Translations under genes and position numbers: made by a program
Shown here: in pieces, positions 10,059 through 20,619 of the stretch
Layout: the number at the start of each line of letters is the position of its first letter
Numbering within the stretch: position 1 is the first letter of the stretch
IMG/VR virus record: IMGVR_UViG_3300035698_012088
Span: 64,001-128,000 of that record
Length of the DNA stretch: 64,000 bases
Source of the DNA: a virus
Reading direction: 5' to 3' (one strand)
The notes under the pieces: generated by a model
Told to the model about the DNA's origin: nothing
What the model saw: only the letters and a program-made list of their open reading frames with translations
Database searches by the model: none

Positions 10059-10761
10059 TAAATATATAGAAGAATTCAATCTCGAGCCTTTTACATTCCT
10101 TAGAAAGAAGATATACAAAGGCACATGTAAGTTCTGTGCTCAAGATACTCTCCTAGCCTTCCCTAAACTGAACAATGTATGGTCTTTTTGTCCTGAGTGT
10201 TCCTTGGGGTGTAGTTTAGAAAAGATTACAGATAGGAAGACCTATACCTCCTTAAAGGAAAAGCTTTGGTCCCACTATCTAAAGTCTTTAGAACTATTCT
10301 CTATATACACCATACCTCATAACCTCTTGTCTCAACTAGGTCTCTCCTCTGATGTAGAAGATCCCTTTAGACAACACTTAGCTAATGGAGTGGTAGCATA
10401 TGTTCCATCTTTTGCTCAATTCACCAAAGGTCTAAGGGATTACCACATAAATGTGTCATGTAGAGGACTGTCTAAACAGAAAAGACATGAACCTGCCTTA
10501 TTGATACCTAGATGTACCTCTCCTGGTATGATATTTGGGTATGAAGTAGTACACTCAGAGGGTATCTACACCCTATCTCTCCCCCAGTACACTCCATCTG
10601 AACCTATTAAAATATACCTCTCTGTGCACCTTGGGGCTAAGACTCTCTACTTTAACTCAATAGAAGAGGCCTTCCAGGAGATGAGACCTATCATCTTAGG
10701 GGATCCTACAAAGTACACTGTAGTGGTTAGGCCGACCAATCCTCAACAGTCAAAGTCCTAG
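10048..10761 (+). CDS. hypothetical protein with N-terminal zinc ribbon
   Basis: CKFC...CPEC. Confidence 0.55.
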   Translation: MVIDKYIEEFNLEPFTFLRKKIYKGTCKFCAQDTLLAFPKLNNVWSFCPECSLGCSLEKITDRKTYTSLKEKLWSHYLKSLELFSIYTIPHNLLSQLGLSSDVEDPFRQHLANGVVAYVPSFAQFTKGLRDYHINVSCRGLSKQKRHEPALLIPRCTSPGMIFGYEVVHSEGIYTLSLPQYTPSEPIKIYLSVHLGAKTLYFNSIEEAFQEMRPIILGDPTKYTVVVRPTNPQQSKS

Positions 10762-12526
10762 GAGTAATACTCTTCAGGTCTTCAGCTGTTAATCTGATGT
10801 TCTCAGCTTCAGCTAAATTGGGATACTTCTGCATAGTGTGCCAAATGCTACTACACATGTAATTTATAGCATGTGCAAGGTCATCTGACTTCTTAGGTTT
10901 CTTTTGGATGAAGATTATATCAGATCCTCTAGGTCTTTCCTGTCTATCCTCATACAAATGGACCCAATCCAGCAAAAGGGACACTTCTTTGCCCCCTAGA
11001 GACATATATTGCATTGTTTCCCATCTAGGGAACTTGATCTTCCCTGCCTTGATCATTGTGGACGTTACAATGAGGCTTCTAGCCTTATCAAGGGAATAGC
11101 TGTGTCTATACCCGGATTTAGGTGGATTGTAGCTTATAATAGCCTTATTCGCACTGCAAACATAGGTAAACGGCACCATCTTCTCATATGGAACCCCTGC
11201 TTGGAGTAAAAGTGTCTCTCTGAGGGCTCCTGCACCCCCATAATCATGTGCAACGAACTTAGGTTTGAACTTTTTGAACAATTCTAGGATATATTTGGTC
11301 TCTATATGGGGTTCTAGGCTCTTATTAGTCTTAGTTGCATAGATACATTCCACTATATCCTGCCCAGGTCTCACTCCACCTATGGCTACAGCAGTATAAG
11401 AGTCACTTTCTTCTCCTCCTCCTCCCCAGTCAATGCCCATAGTGAGGATTTTGAAGTCTTTTGCGACCTCTAAAGCCTTCTCTATGGTATTATCTTCCCC
11501 ACATGCCGCTTCTTGTAGCTGGGATTGGGTGATTAATTGCTCAGCAGAGTCACATTCTACCCCTAATATCTCATTATAGAACTTAGATTGGCTATAAACA
11601 CGCCTTTTATACAGTAATTCGTCCCATTTAGCCGGGAAATTGTAGTGAAGAGGGTGAGTTATCTGTGAAACATGGTACCCAACAAAGGTAGATCTCTTGT
11701 CTGGGAACTTATGTACATACTGACCGAACTCACAGTTGAGAGGTTTGCCACATTTACAGCAAATACAGGTCTTTTTACCTATCATATTGAGTAAATCGTG
11801 TTCAATATCGGGTATATTGTACTTATTACAGTGTTGACATTGTACAATCCACTCTGCTTGAGAGGAATCATTCCATAATTCAGTCAATGTGTTGTCTAAT
11901 GTCTTAGGTGTGCCTGTGAAATTAAGGAAACCTAGGTCTTCTACAGCTGATGTTACCTCAGTTATAACAGGAATGAAGTCCCAATTGATGTCCTGAGCCT
12001 CATCGAAGTACAAATCTTGTATTGCAGAGATACCACGTACTCTATCTGCATCAAGGAAGGCATAGGAGAAGTACTGAATTGACCTATTTAGGTAGGTTCT
12101 CTGCAAAACTGAGGACTCACAGGTCTTATCATGGAAACAATCTTTGAATTCCGACTCCTCAATGAACTCTTTTACCACGTCATTGCTTAATCTCTTAGAT
12201 TGTTCAAATCTTGGCAGTACAAATAGGCTTCTAAACTTGGGTATTGCCCAAGAGGAGATTATATTCTTACCACATACATTTTGAGTCTTACCAACCTGCC
12301 TAGCACATTTGAGGACCATTCTCTTAGGTCGGACTAGGGAAAAGATAGGCTCAAACTGAAAATGTTTTCTCAAATTGTAGGGTGTACCCCTTAAATTGAG
12401 CAAAATCATTAAAGGAATTAATGTCTTGCAATCTGTGTCTTGATAGATTTTGGCTATTTTACCAAAATATTCATCGGCCTTATTAGTCATGTGTTTACAC
12501 CTTAAATACCCTTGTTTTTGTGGCAT
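10727..12526 (-). CDS. terL: terminase large subunit (lambda gpA-like ATPase plus nuclease)
   Basis: KCARQVGKT Walker A, LYFDEAQD Walker B, GTPKT coupling motif, CxxC zinc finger, GIDWGGG and DDLAHA nuclease motifs; start may be ATG 12490. Confidence 0.9.
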   Translation of the reverse strand: MPQKQGYLRCKHMTNKADEYFGKIAKIYQDTDCKTLIPLMILLNLRGTPYNLRKHFQFEPIFSLVRPKRMVLKCARQVGKTQNVCGKNIISSWAIPKFRSLFVLPRFEQSKRLSNDVVKEFIEESEFKDCFHDKTCESSVLQRTYLNRSIQYFSYAFLDADRVRGISAIQDLYFDEAQDINWDFIPVITEVTSAVEDLGFLNFTGTPKTLDNTLTELWNDSSQAEWIVQCQHCNKYNIPDIEHDLLNMIGKKTCICCKCGKPLNCEFGQYVHKFPDKRSTFVGYHVSQITHPLHYNFPAKWDELLYKRRVYSQSKFYNEILGVECDSAEQLITQSQLQEAACGEDNTIEKALEVAKDFKILTMGIDWGGGGEESDSYTAVAIGGVRPGQDIVECIYATKTNKSLEPHIETKYILELFKKFKPKFVAHDYGGAGALRETLLLQAGVPYEKMVPFTYVCSANKAIISYNPPKSGYRHSYSLDKARSLIVTSTMIKAGKIKFPRWETMQYMSLGGKEVSLLLDWVHLYEDRQERPRGSDIIFIQKKPKKSDDLAHAINYMCSSIWHTMQKYPNLAEAENIRLTAEDLKSITPRTLTVEDWSA

Positions 12527-13082
12527 AATATAATGTACTGCTATGGGATCTACAAAACAAGATCCACTTTTTTGTCAACACTAACCGTGTTTTTTTTGCG
12601 CTATCTGAGATAAAGGATAGCTATATTTACTGTACAACAACAGCAAATGTAGTAAATCTTTTACTTAGATCAAGCTCAGAAAACAAGGTCAGTTGGATAC
12701 TGGTCCCAACTAAACTATTATTTTTCTTAGCTATAACTTGAAAAACAACTAAATACCCCAACAAGCTCCAGCTACCCAAAAACTCTAAACTTATTTGTAA
12801 AAATTTATAAGTAAACAAGTATAAGAGAGTATCGAGATTAAACTGGGAGCCATATAATAAATGGTAGAATTTGAAGACGACACAATAGAAAGGGCTGCTT
12901 TATTAAAGGCAGGATTGAAGGTCTCTAATAAAAAATATAAAAAAAGATATAACAAATATGCAGAGAAAGTCAATAACAGAAAAAGCACCAAAAGACCCAA
13001 ACAAACTAAAAATCCATTCAAAACCGCAATACATAAGATATGCAGAATCCTCGTTAAGTTGAAGTAACAATAGGAGAAAGAT

Positions 13083-14141
13083 ATGATAGCGGTATCAGCC
13101 GACTTGCACCTTGGACACTGTCTGAGAAAGAGTATCAAAGAGCTAAAAAATGATAGTTATGTTTTTTTGCAAATGTTTCTGGACAAGCTACTACAATTGA
13201 GGAGGCAGTACAATATCACCTCACTTGTGTTAGCTGGAGACATTTTCGATAAAAGAACCATTGACGGCAAAGCACTCAAAAACTTCACAAACTTTATAGA
13301 CCAACTACACCAAGTAGGAATCAAGACTTATACCATACAAGGTAATCATGACAAAGGTGAGATATCCATTCCCGATATTGAAGGGGGATATAACCTGCAT
13401 GACACTCTATTGGAAATTGATGGACACACTCTTTTTGGCCTTGACTCTATGTCAGCTGAAGACCTTAAAGAGAAGTTGACCACAGTTCCTAAATGTGACT
13501 TTCTTGTACTCCACGCACCATTTCAACACCTATTGGGGTTTGAAGGTGCCTATGATATATCACTTGAGGATATCCCAAAACAAGCCAAGAATGTACTTGT
13601 AGGGGATGTTCACACAGTTGATATCACTAAATTCAAACACAAAGATGGATACTGTCTCAGCCCAGGAGCACTATTTCCTTGTAACATATCTCAAGGAAAC
13701 AACCACGGTTTCTACCTCATTGGAGGGAAGGAGCCCGAGTTTGTGAGACTGGATGTTAGAAAGGTATTCATACATAAAATATACACTAAAAAAGACATCG
13801 ACCCGATTAGGAAAATATTGAAAGATAATATGAATGAGCAGATGAAACCAGTAGCAGAGCTTCGATACCCAGTAGATATGATGGAGTCAGTCAACAAATT
13901 GAAGACTGATTTCATCTCTAAGTATATCCTTTTAGATAAGGTGTGCTCAAATCTAGATGGAGTTAACTCTCTAGCAGAACTGGATGAAGTATATGATAAA
14001 GCCACTCTATCAGAATTGCTTAAATTTGCAATAGATGGAGAGAAAGAACCCGAAGTATTTACATTTCTAAAAGAACTATTAGACTCAGATAGTCCAGGAG
14101 AGATTATCGAAACAAAACTAGAGGAATACGCAGTGACATGA
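13083..14141 (+). CDS. sbcD: SbcD/Mre11-like metallophosphoesterase nuclease
   Basis: ADLHLG, AGDIFD, GNHD and GDVH motifs. Confidence 0.9.
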   Translation: MIAVSADLHLGHCLRKSIKELKNDSYVFLQMFLDKLLQLRRQYNITSLVLAGDIFDKRTIDGKALKNFTNFIDQLHQVGIKTYTIQGNHDKGEISIPDIEGGYNLHDTLLEIDGHTLFGLDSMSAEDLKEKLTTVPKCDFLVLHAPFQHLLGFEGAYDISLEDIPKQAKNVLVGDVHTVDITKFKHKDGYCLSPGALFPCNISQGNNHGFYLIGGKEPEFVRLDVRKVFIHKIYTKKDIDPIRKILKDNMNEQMKPVAELRYPVDMMESVNKLKTDFISKYILLDKVCSNLDGVNSLAELDEVYDKATLSELLKFAIDGEKEPEVFTFLKELLDSDSPGEIIETKLEEYAVT

Positions 14142-14935
14142 CAGTTAATGAAGTTTTACGTAAAACAAGATATGTGTCAGATACCCCATGCAGAGTATGG
14201 GTACCCGGCTCGATAAATTCAAATGAAGTAGAAGCCCTATCCTATGGGTATTCCAGAAACTACGCCGTTGTAGTATATAGATCAGACCCTTATACCTTAA
14301 AAGCTATAAGAGCAGATATATCAGATTTTATTAATAGAGATCACCCTAGTGTACATGAGATTCCTGTATCCAGGGCAGAAGAAGTACTAGGGTGGCCAGA
14401 TTTCTTTAGAGTACAGGTATTAAATAAAGAGGCACATATAGTAAACCTTAGACCTTCAAAGCAATTACCTGTTGTAGGTAAATATGTAGGCTTTTCCTTC
14501 ACCTATGGGTCAGTCCATGAGGGCCGTCCATTTTTCATGGTATTGAGACAATATAAGAATGGCAAGATAAAAATAGAGACTTACTTACCTAGGCAGAAAA
14601 TGCCTGTGTTGCCAGGGGGCAAGAAATTGTTGGGTTATTCCTATGTTAGTTCCCAGATAGATGAAGAAGTATTTACTCAGGTAGAAGAAGCTATAACAGC
14701 TAAGCTACCAGAGTATGGGCTCTTTATAGACCAAAAGATTAACAAGTTCAAAGGAACTAGAGACAATAAAACATTTTACAACTTTATACATGGCCCAGAT
14801 ATGGTAAGAGCTAAACCCGGTGATCACTATTATGCACGTGGCAACAGATATCCTTATGTGGTGGTTCCTATCTTAGAGGCATCAGAAGAAGTACAAGACA
14901 AATTATCTTTACAGGTAGTATGCGGTGAGATATGA
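14138..14935 (+). CDS. hypothetical protein inserted between sbcD and sbcC; carries C-terminal tag (QVVCGEI)
   Basis: 265-aa ORF overlapping the sbcD stop. Confidence 0.7.
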   Translation: MTVNEVLRKTRYVSDTPCRVWVPGSINSNEVEALSYGYSRNYAVVVYRSDPYTLKAIRADISDFINRDHPSVHEIPVSRAEEVLGWPDFFRVQVLNKEAHIVNLRPSKQLPVVGKYVGFSFTYGSVHEGRPFFMVLRQYKNGKIKIETYLPRQKMPVLPGGKKLLGYSYVSSQIDEEVFTQVEEAITAKLPEYGLFIDQKINKFKGTRDNKTFYNFIHGPDMVRAKPGDHYYARGNRYPYVVVPILEASEEVQDKLSLQVVCGEI

Positions 14936-14958
14936 AGAAATATTCAAGGAGGTAGATT

Positions 14959-17004
14959 TTGATTCCAGTAGAGTTACAGGTGACCAACCTATGTCAGTAT
15001 AAAAAGTATAACCTTAAATATAAACCAGGGATCACCGGCATTGTAGGCAATAATGGAAAAGGCAAATCCAATCTCTTAGACGCAGCTCAGTTCTTTGCTA
15101 TCACGGGGTTAACACCTCCTAAGTACACAAAGTCTGAGTTGTTGAGATGGAAGAGTAACTCCGGACATACAGTGTTTAAGTTCCTACACAACAATATCAA
15201 CTATAGATTATCTAGAAATATCCACGACTCCAAAACAGTCTTATCTTGGAAAGACTCCAAAGGTAACTCCCAAAGTATTAAGAAACTGGCTGAAGTGAAT
15301 GATGAGATGGAAAAGATCTTAGGCATGAACTTCACTATTTTTAGAGAGACTTGTTTTGTAGGTCAGGGGTATCTGTCTAATATTGTAGATATGGCTCATT
15401 CCCCAAGGATGGCCTATTTCCAGAAGATCAGCAATGTAGCTAAAGCAGAGACTATTAGAAGCTCTCTACAAGGCTACTTAAATAAGATGGTAGTGTATCC
15501 AGATAGAACTGCAGATATAGCTGAATTGAGAGACATAGTAGATCAGAGTAAAATTAGACATAGTAGTAATTTATTAGCCATAAAAGAATTAGAGATAGAA
15601 TTAGATAGATTTAATGAGATCCTTCCTATGGCAAAAGATGCTATAAAAGGAACTACAGAGAAAGAATATAAAACTAAGATAAAAGATATAGATAGAAAGA
15701 TAGATGCAGTAGAAAAAGAGATGAAAGGGTTACAGAATAAAATAAGAAGACTTAAGATTTCAGAAGTAACTCCATTGACTGAAGAAGAAATAAAGCTAAA
15801 GCAAAAGTTAATAGAGAAAGAGAGTATAGAAAAAGCACTTAAAAAAGAACAAATAGATTTAGCTAAACATATGACAACAAAACCTGAAGTTAGCGAAGAT
15901 GAAGAAAAGTTAACAACAGATCTTAAAGAGGTAAAAGATCAATTAAGGGTCTTAAACTTAAAAACAAAGGCATCAGAAGATGGCACATGTCCTGTTTGTG
16001 AATCCAATTATAATACACCTACCTCGGCGTTCAGTAAAGATCTCGACTTCTGGGCAACTGCGCTCAGGGAAATGGAAGGGCGTAGGGAACACTTTGACAC
16101 TAGTTCCAAACTATTATCAAAGTGGAGTTATATCAAGGAAGACTTTAATAGACGTTGCGGGGATCTCTTGCAAAGAAGTAGAGAAATCACTCCTAAAGGA
16201 GGAAAAGCTTTTACAAGAGAGGAACTCAATACAAGAGAAGAAGCCTTAAGCAGCTACTTAGATAAACTTAAGCAGAAGCAAGAGATCAACTTAAAAGTAA
16301 ATAAAAAGAGAGTAGCATTAACTACATATAAGACTGAAAAGGTAATGGCTGAAAAGGAAACTTTTTTCCCAGAGGCTTTGAGAAAATCTGCAGAGATACA
16401 AATAGATACACATCAAAAATATGAAGATAGAGTAGCAGCTAAACTATTAGAGCAGCAAGAGCTATTAACAAGAGTAGAGGAATGTGAAAAACAGATCCTC
16501 AAGTATATGACTGAACAGACCTTAGCAGACAACATAAAGAAAGTAGAAGCTCTCTTTGAAAGAAGCAAAGAAGTTCTACATAGAGAAAACCTCCCCAAGC
16601 TGGCCATGAGGAGAATGTTATTAGCCCTAAATACTAAACTGGCCTTCTACCTAGAACAATTTCAAACTGTATTCACAGCACAGATAAATGATCAATTTGA
16701 TTTCATCTGTGATTTTGTAAGTTCCAATGACAACAAGAAATCTGCTAGAGCTTTATCTGGTGGACAAAAAGTAGCATTGGCCTTGGCATTCAGGTTTGCT
16801 TTAACAGATGTGCTGAGTTCTTCAGTACCTATACTCATCCTGGACGAACCAACAGTCCATCTTGATGAGGAAAACATCCAATGTGTCAGGAATGTAATTC
16901 TAGAGGTAAGGAGACATACTGAAAAGGGTATGTATGTTCTCATAGCAACACATGAACCCATTTTGTACTCAGCATTTAGCAGAGTAATTGATGTAGGAGT
17001 ATAA
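14959..17004 (+). CDS. sbcC: SbcC/Rad50-like SMC ATPase
   Basis: GNNGKGKS Walker A, coiled coils, CPVC zinc hook, LSGGQ signature, LDEPT Walker B, H-loop ATHE. Confidence 0.92.
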   Translation: MIPVELQVTNLCQYKKYNLKYKPGITGIVGNNGKGKSNLLDAAQFFAITGLTPPKYTKSELLRWKSNSGHTVFKFLHNNINYRLSRNIHDSKTVLSWKDSKGNSQSIKKLAEVNDEMEKILGMNFTIFRETCFVGQGYLSNIVDMAHSPRMAYFQKISNVAKAETIRSSLQGYLNKMVVYPDRTADIAELRDIVDQSKIRHSSNLLAIKELEIELDRFNEILPMAKDAIKGTTEKEYKTKIKDIDRKIDAVEKEMKGLQNKIRRLKISEVTPLTEEEIKLKQKLIEKESIEKALKKEQIDLAKHMTTKPEVSEDEEKLTTDLKEVKDQLRVLNLKTKASEDGTCPVCESNYNTPTSAFSKDLDFWATALREMEGRREHFDTSSKLLSKWSYIKEDFNRRCGDLLQRSREITPKGGKAFTREELNTREEALSSYLDKLKQKQEINLKVNKKRVALTTYKTEKVMAEKETFFPEALRKSAEIQIDTHQKYEDRVAAKLLEQQELLTRVEECEKQILKYMTEQTLADNIKKVEALFERSKEVLHRENLPKLAMRRMLLALNTKLAFYLEQFQTVFTAQINDQFDFICDFVSSNDNKKSARALSGGQKVALALAFRFALTDVLSSSVPILILDEPTVHLDEENIQCVRNVILEVRRHTEKGMYVLIATHEPILYSAFSRVIDVGV

Positions 17005-17005
17005 T

Positions 17006-17416
17006 ATGTCATTATCCGTAAAAGAGCAAGAGAGAGTTGATGAGTTCCGAGATGAATTCAATATAGAAGATGTGTTCTCAGAGGAAGAGATCTTAGAAGC
17101 AACTGGGGACATGATCAATAAGGCTAACTGGTCAGACAGCATCATAGATGATTTTAAGGAAGTGATTAGAGGTTTCTTTGAGTGTGATGACCTATATGAT
17201 GAAGAGGTATTGGGAGAGTGGGTTGGAGACAACATGTCCATCACAGAGGTCTTCAGAGATAATAATATTGAAGAAGCTGCATTGAACCTTGGGTTAGTAA
17301 ATAAAGAGGATGGTTTAGAAAATATATTTGATGTAGAAGAAATAGAAGAGTTTGCCAGCAGTGTTTTAAACATGGTAAATCCCTCAGATATAGTGGATGA
17401 CCTGGAGGAAGATTAA
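17006..17416 (+). CDS. highly acidic repeat protein, candidate DNA mimic
   Basis: about 43 D/E versus 8 K/R in 136 aa; internal repeats. Confidence 0.5.
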   Translation: MSLSVKEQERVDEFRDEFNIEDVFSEEEILEATGDMINKANWSDSIIDDFKEVIRGFFECDDLYDEEVLGEWVGDNMSITEVFRDNNIEEAALNLGLVNKEDGLENIFDVEEIEEFASSVLNMVNPSDIVDDLEED

Positions 17417-17727
17417 TGAGCTGGAGTAAAGCAGGAGTAGGAGATGAGATACAGAAATCCTATCCTACTATGACATCAGGTATATGGAAGATACGATACT
17501 TTATATATAAACCTTATAATATAGGCACAGTCTGGGTACATGCATTTGAAGTGGAAGCTAATGATAGACATTGGATGACCTTAAAAAAGACTGAAGTGCC
17601 AGGTGGAGACTTAAGGAACTGTGTTCCCTATGTTATAGGTGGCCACCCTGGATTTGAAAGATTTCTAGAAAGAGTAGACAGATATGAAAACTACATGGAT
17701 CTTGAGATTGTTTGTGAAGAACTGTAG
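17416..17727 (+). CDS. paralog family A member 1 (C-terminal tag IVCEEL)
   Basis: PTM..G.W.I.Y...AF...FERFLERVDRYENY.DLEIVC shared with the next gene. Confidence 0.75.
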   Translation: MSWSKAGVGDEIQKSYPTMTSGIWKIRYFIYKPYNIGTVWVHAFEVEANDRHWMTLKKTEVPGGDLRNCVPYVIGGHPGFERFLERVDRYENYMDLEIVCEEL

Positions 17728-18037
17728 AGGAACATAATATGAGTTTTAGTATCCTTGGAGCACAGGATAAAACACAAAAGAAAGATCCTACTATGAAAGT
17801 GGGCCCTTGGAGTATTGTGTATGAGATATATCAACAATATAACCGCCCAACTAAATGGAACAGGGCATTTTATGTCTGTTATAAAGGTAATATAAAAAAT
17901 AGATATGATAGAGAAGATATGACTGACTACGGAGTAGAAATCCTTCCTTATCTTTTTGTATCCCGTAAAAAGCTATTTGAAAGATTTCTAGAAAGAGTGG
18001 ACAGATATGAAAACTACACGGATCTTGAAATTGTTTG
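17652..18037 (+). repeat. 63-bp direct repeat (17652-17714 and 17975-18037, 3 mismatches)
   Basis: atttgaaagatttctagaaagagt(a/g)gacagatatgaaaactaca(t/c)ggatcttga(g/a)attgtttg. Confidence 0.9.
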
Positions 18038-18050
18038 CAGAACATTATAG
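17739..18050 (+). CDS. paralog family A member 2 (IVCRTL)
   Basis: clear similarity to 17416..17727. Confidence 0.75.
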   Translation: MSFSILGAQDKTQKKDPTMKVGPWSIVYEIYQQYNRPTKWNRAFYVCYKGNIKNRYDREDMTDYGVEILPYLFVSRKKLFERFLERVDRYENYTDLEIVCRTL

Positions 18051-18058
18051 GAGTAGGA

Positions 18059-18334
18059 ATGAATAAGAAAGACACACCAAAGCTCAGGCTGACTCCTCCC
18101 ACCTTCAAGGTAGGTAAATGGTCAATTAGGTATTCAGCTAGAAAATATAGACAAAGGGCTTTTAGCCTTAATCACCCAAGTCTTAATCATAGATGGGTAA
18201 TTTCTAGAGGTGAGTATAAAAAAGAGTTGTTCCCTTATGAAGTAATGATGGATGAGGGATTTGCAGAATTTCTAAAAAAAGTCAAAGAGTACAATAGAGG
18301 TATGGACCTTAAAGATATTGTACAGGAACTGTAA
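18059..18334 (+). CDS. paralog family A member 3 (IVQEL)
   Basis: PTFKVGKWSIRY...AF...F.EFLKKV; ATG 18059 with AGGAG RBS. Confidence 0.7.
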   Translation: MNKKDTPKLRLTPPTFKVGKWSIRYSARKYRQRAFSLNHPSLNHRWVISRGEYKKELFPYEVMMDEGFAEFLKKVKEYNRGMDLKDIVQEL

Positions 18335-18418
18335 AGTAGAAGAACGACTTATGACACAAACTAGAGATAATACTACTTAACTTGTCGCACTAGAACAAGT
18401 TAGATACAAAGGACTAAA

Positions 18419-18808
18419 ATGAGTATTACTGTATCAGAAGAGAAACAAAAACTAAGAGAGATGGCAACCAATATGAGGGGTGTAGAACCTGTTCAGCATT
18501 CCCTAGTGACTATGAAAGTAGATTCCCACATATTAACTTATACTCCTTATATAGACTGGACCAAGACACAGTGGGATTCTAAGGCAGGAGAGATGAAATA
18601 CACGTTCTCTACTATATTCACTGTCATATTTTTTAAGAACAAATCTTATGAGTATCGCCCAAAGTGGACCAAAGAGAATTATGAGAAAAGTGAAGGTAAG
18701 TGCCTTCCAGACATCTTTGTAGAACATAAGAGATTCAAATCTTTTATGGAGAGAGTAGATAAGCTCGATAACCTACTGATGTTGCAAGCTACATTCAATG
18801 AAATCTAA
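18419..18808 (+). CDS. paralog family A member 4, divergent (TFNEI)
   Basis: TMKVD...LP....F.SFMERVD pattern. Confidence 0.6.
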   Translation: MSITVSEEKQKLREMATNMRGVEPVQHSLVTMKVDSHILTYTPYIDWTKTQWDSKAGEMKYTFSTIFTVIFFKNKSYEYRPKWTKENYEKSEGKCLPDIFVEHKRFKSFMERVDKLDNLLMLQATFNEI

Positions 18809-19115
18809 GGAGCTAAAATGCTTAAAGTTGGAGAAATCACAGACTTAGAAGGAGGCGGAGCTAAACTTCAAGTAGAGTTAAATGGAAGGGATGAGCAAGT
18901 TATATTGTACCACGGCATGGAATTATTGGTAGAAGACTATAATAAAACTGCGGACCAGAAGGTTAAGGTATTAATGCCAGAAGACATAGATGCTTTATAC
19001 GGAGATACTGAAAAGCCAAAGATGAAAACTTTTGAGATGGATGAAGAGCTGTACACCAGCTTAATTCAAATCTCACTAGTAGACATTATTACTAACTCTA
19101 TTAAGGAAATGGATA

Positions 19116-19583
19116 ATGAATCTGAATTTGGAGAAGAAGCTGGCTGAAGAGTTCTCTTTCATGAGACATTATGACTCTTCGTCAAACCCAATTATCGAGC
19201 ATACTCCTTACCCCGCTGCCTGTAATGATGGGTGGTTTGGCCTCATTCATGAGATATGTGCCTTTTTAGAGAAAGAGGCTAAAGAGGTAGAGGTACTTCA
19301 GATCAAGGAGAAATTTGGATACTTATGCTTTTATTTCAGTGCAGAGTCTAAGAGAGATGATATAGACTTATTTGATGAAATAGGCAAGATAGCCAATAGA
19401 TCATCAAAAACCTGTGAATTCTGTGGAGACACTACTACAGCTAAAATAAGAGGTGGTGGTTGGATACAGTGCAAGTGTAATAAATGTCAACATACCCAGT
19501 TAATGGAGAAAGTTACGGGGAGACTAGAAGGCTGTGCAAGAAGAAAAAGAAACTACGGAACAGTTGTGCCAAGTATGTCATGA
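19116..19583 (+). CDS. conserved phage hypothetical protein with zinc ribbon
   Basis: DGWFGLI..QIKEKFG.L.FY..CEFCG..C..C pattern common in phages. Confidence 0.6.
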   Translation: MNLNLEKKLAEEFSFMRHYDSSSNPIIEHTPYPAACNDGWFGLIHEICAFLEKEAKEVEVLQIKEKFGYLCFYFSAESKRDDIDLFDEIGKIANRSSKTCEFCGDTTTAKIRGGGWIQCKCNKCQHTQLMEKVTGRLEGCARRKRNYGTVVPSMS

Positions 19584-19791
19584 GAACACCGTAGATCTAC
19601 ATGTTCCTATTGGAGGAGATGAGGTCTCTGGTGTTTGTGAAGACTGCTTAGCACAGATGATGAATCCTAAACCCTATAAGAGAGAATTTAAGAAGATAGG
19701 TAGAAACGATCTTTGTCCTTGGTGTGCCCATGAGGGAGAGTCCAAGAAGTGGAAGAAATGTGCTGAACATCAACATCATTTGGAGAGATAG
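19534..19791 (+). CDS. small zinc-finger protein with SEC-C-like motif
   Basis: CQVC..CEDC then KIGRNDLCPWC....SKKWKKC. Confidence 0.6.
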   Translation: MQEEKETTEQLCQVCHENTVDLHVPIGGDEVSGVCEDCLAQMMNPKPYKREFKKIGRNDLCPWCAHEGESKKWKKCAEHQHHLER

Positions 19792-20289
19792 ATGCCAGAG
19801 AAGAATCTGATTGAAGAAAAAGTAAAGATAGACACTGAGACGTTACAACATCTTAACACTATAGTACATAAATGGTTACAGAAGAAGGAATCCAAAGCGT
19901 CCATGAAGAGAGATGTGGATAGTATCTTAGATAAATGGTTTGAGAAGATTGTGTCAAGAGCAATGGGGATAGATGAGTCTTGGTCTAGACCTGAATTAAA
20001 AAAAGATAGCCCTTTGGGGATTCATGTGAATAAACATCTTGATGGACTCATAGATGCCAAACTCACAAAGAAGATGGTTGAAGACGCCATCCCTGATCTT
20101 ACAAAAAACAAAATTAGTAAAGCTATATCTAAATATGTAGGGGATCAGTTTCACTATAAAATAGAACAAAGGGTCAGGGAACGCCTTAATGATAGAATGG
20201 ACGATGAAATAGAGAAAATCTTTGATGAAGTGACAAAAGGTGGAGCCCAGACCTTAGTTGATTTTATAAGTATAAATAAGGAGCTATAG
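19792..20289 (+). CDS. hypothetical protein
   Basis: 165-aa ORF with GGAG RBS. Confidence 0.65.
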   Translation: MPEKNLIEEKVKIDTETLQHLNTIVHKWLQKKESKASMKRDVDSILDKWFEKIVSRAMGIDESWSRPELKKDSPLGIHVNKHLDGLIDAKLTKKMVEDAIPDLTKNKISKAISKYVGDQFHYKIEQRVRERLNDRMDDEIEKIFDEVTKGGAQTLVDFISINKEL

Positions 20290-20619
20290 TACTCCCATGG
20301 AACTAACTCTTCTTGTAGGCCTACCTGGTTCAAAAGGAAAAGTAAAGCAAATAGAGAGGTTCAAAGAAAATGGTTTTACAGTTCTTAAAGAGGGTGATGT
20401 TTTATCTCCGTCAAACAAAACCAAGATATTGGATATAAACCCTTGGTTATGCCTTAAAAGCATATTGAAGAAGAACCTTCATCTATATAATCTCCAGTTC
20501 CCCGGAGTTAGAGTTCATGTTGTATACTGCAAAGATGATACCCCAGATGAAGTACCTTACTTCACTAGACAATTAAAAGAAAGGTATGAGATACCCCAAT
20601 CTCTTATGATTAGAAAAAA

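Noticed and set aside
17652-18037. 63-bp repeat pair as a DGR template/variable repeat
   Set aside because: Mismatches are A/G, T/C and G/A rather than adenine-specific, both copies are coding, and no reverse transcriptase is in the window
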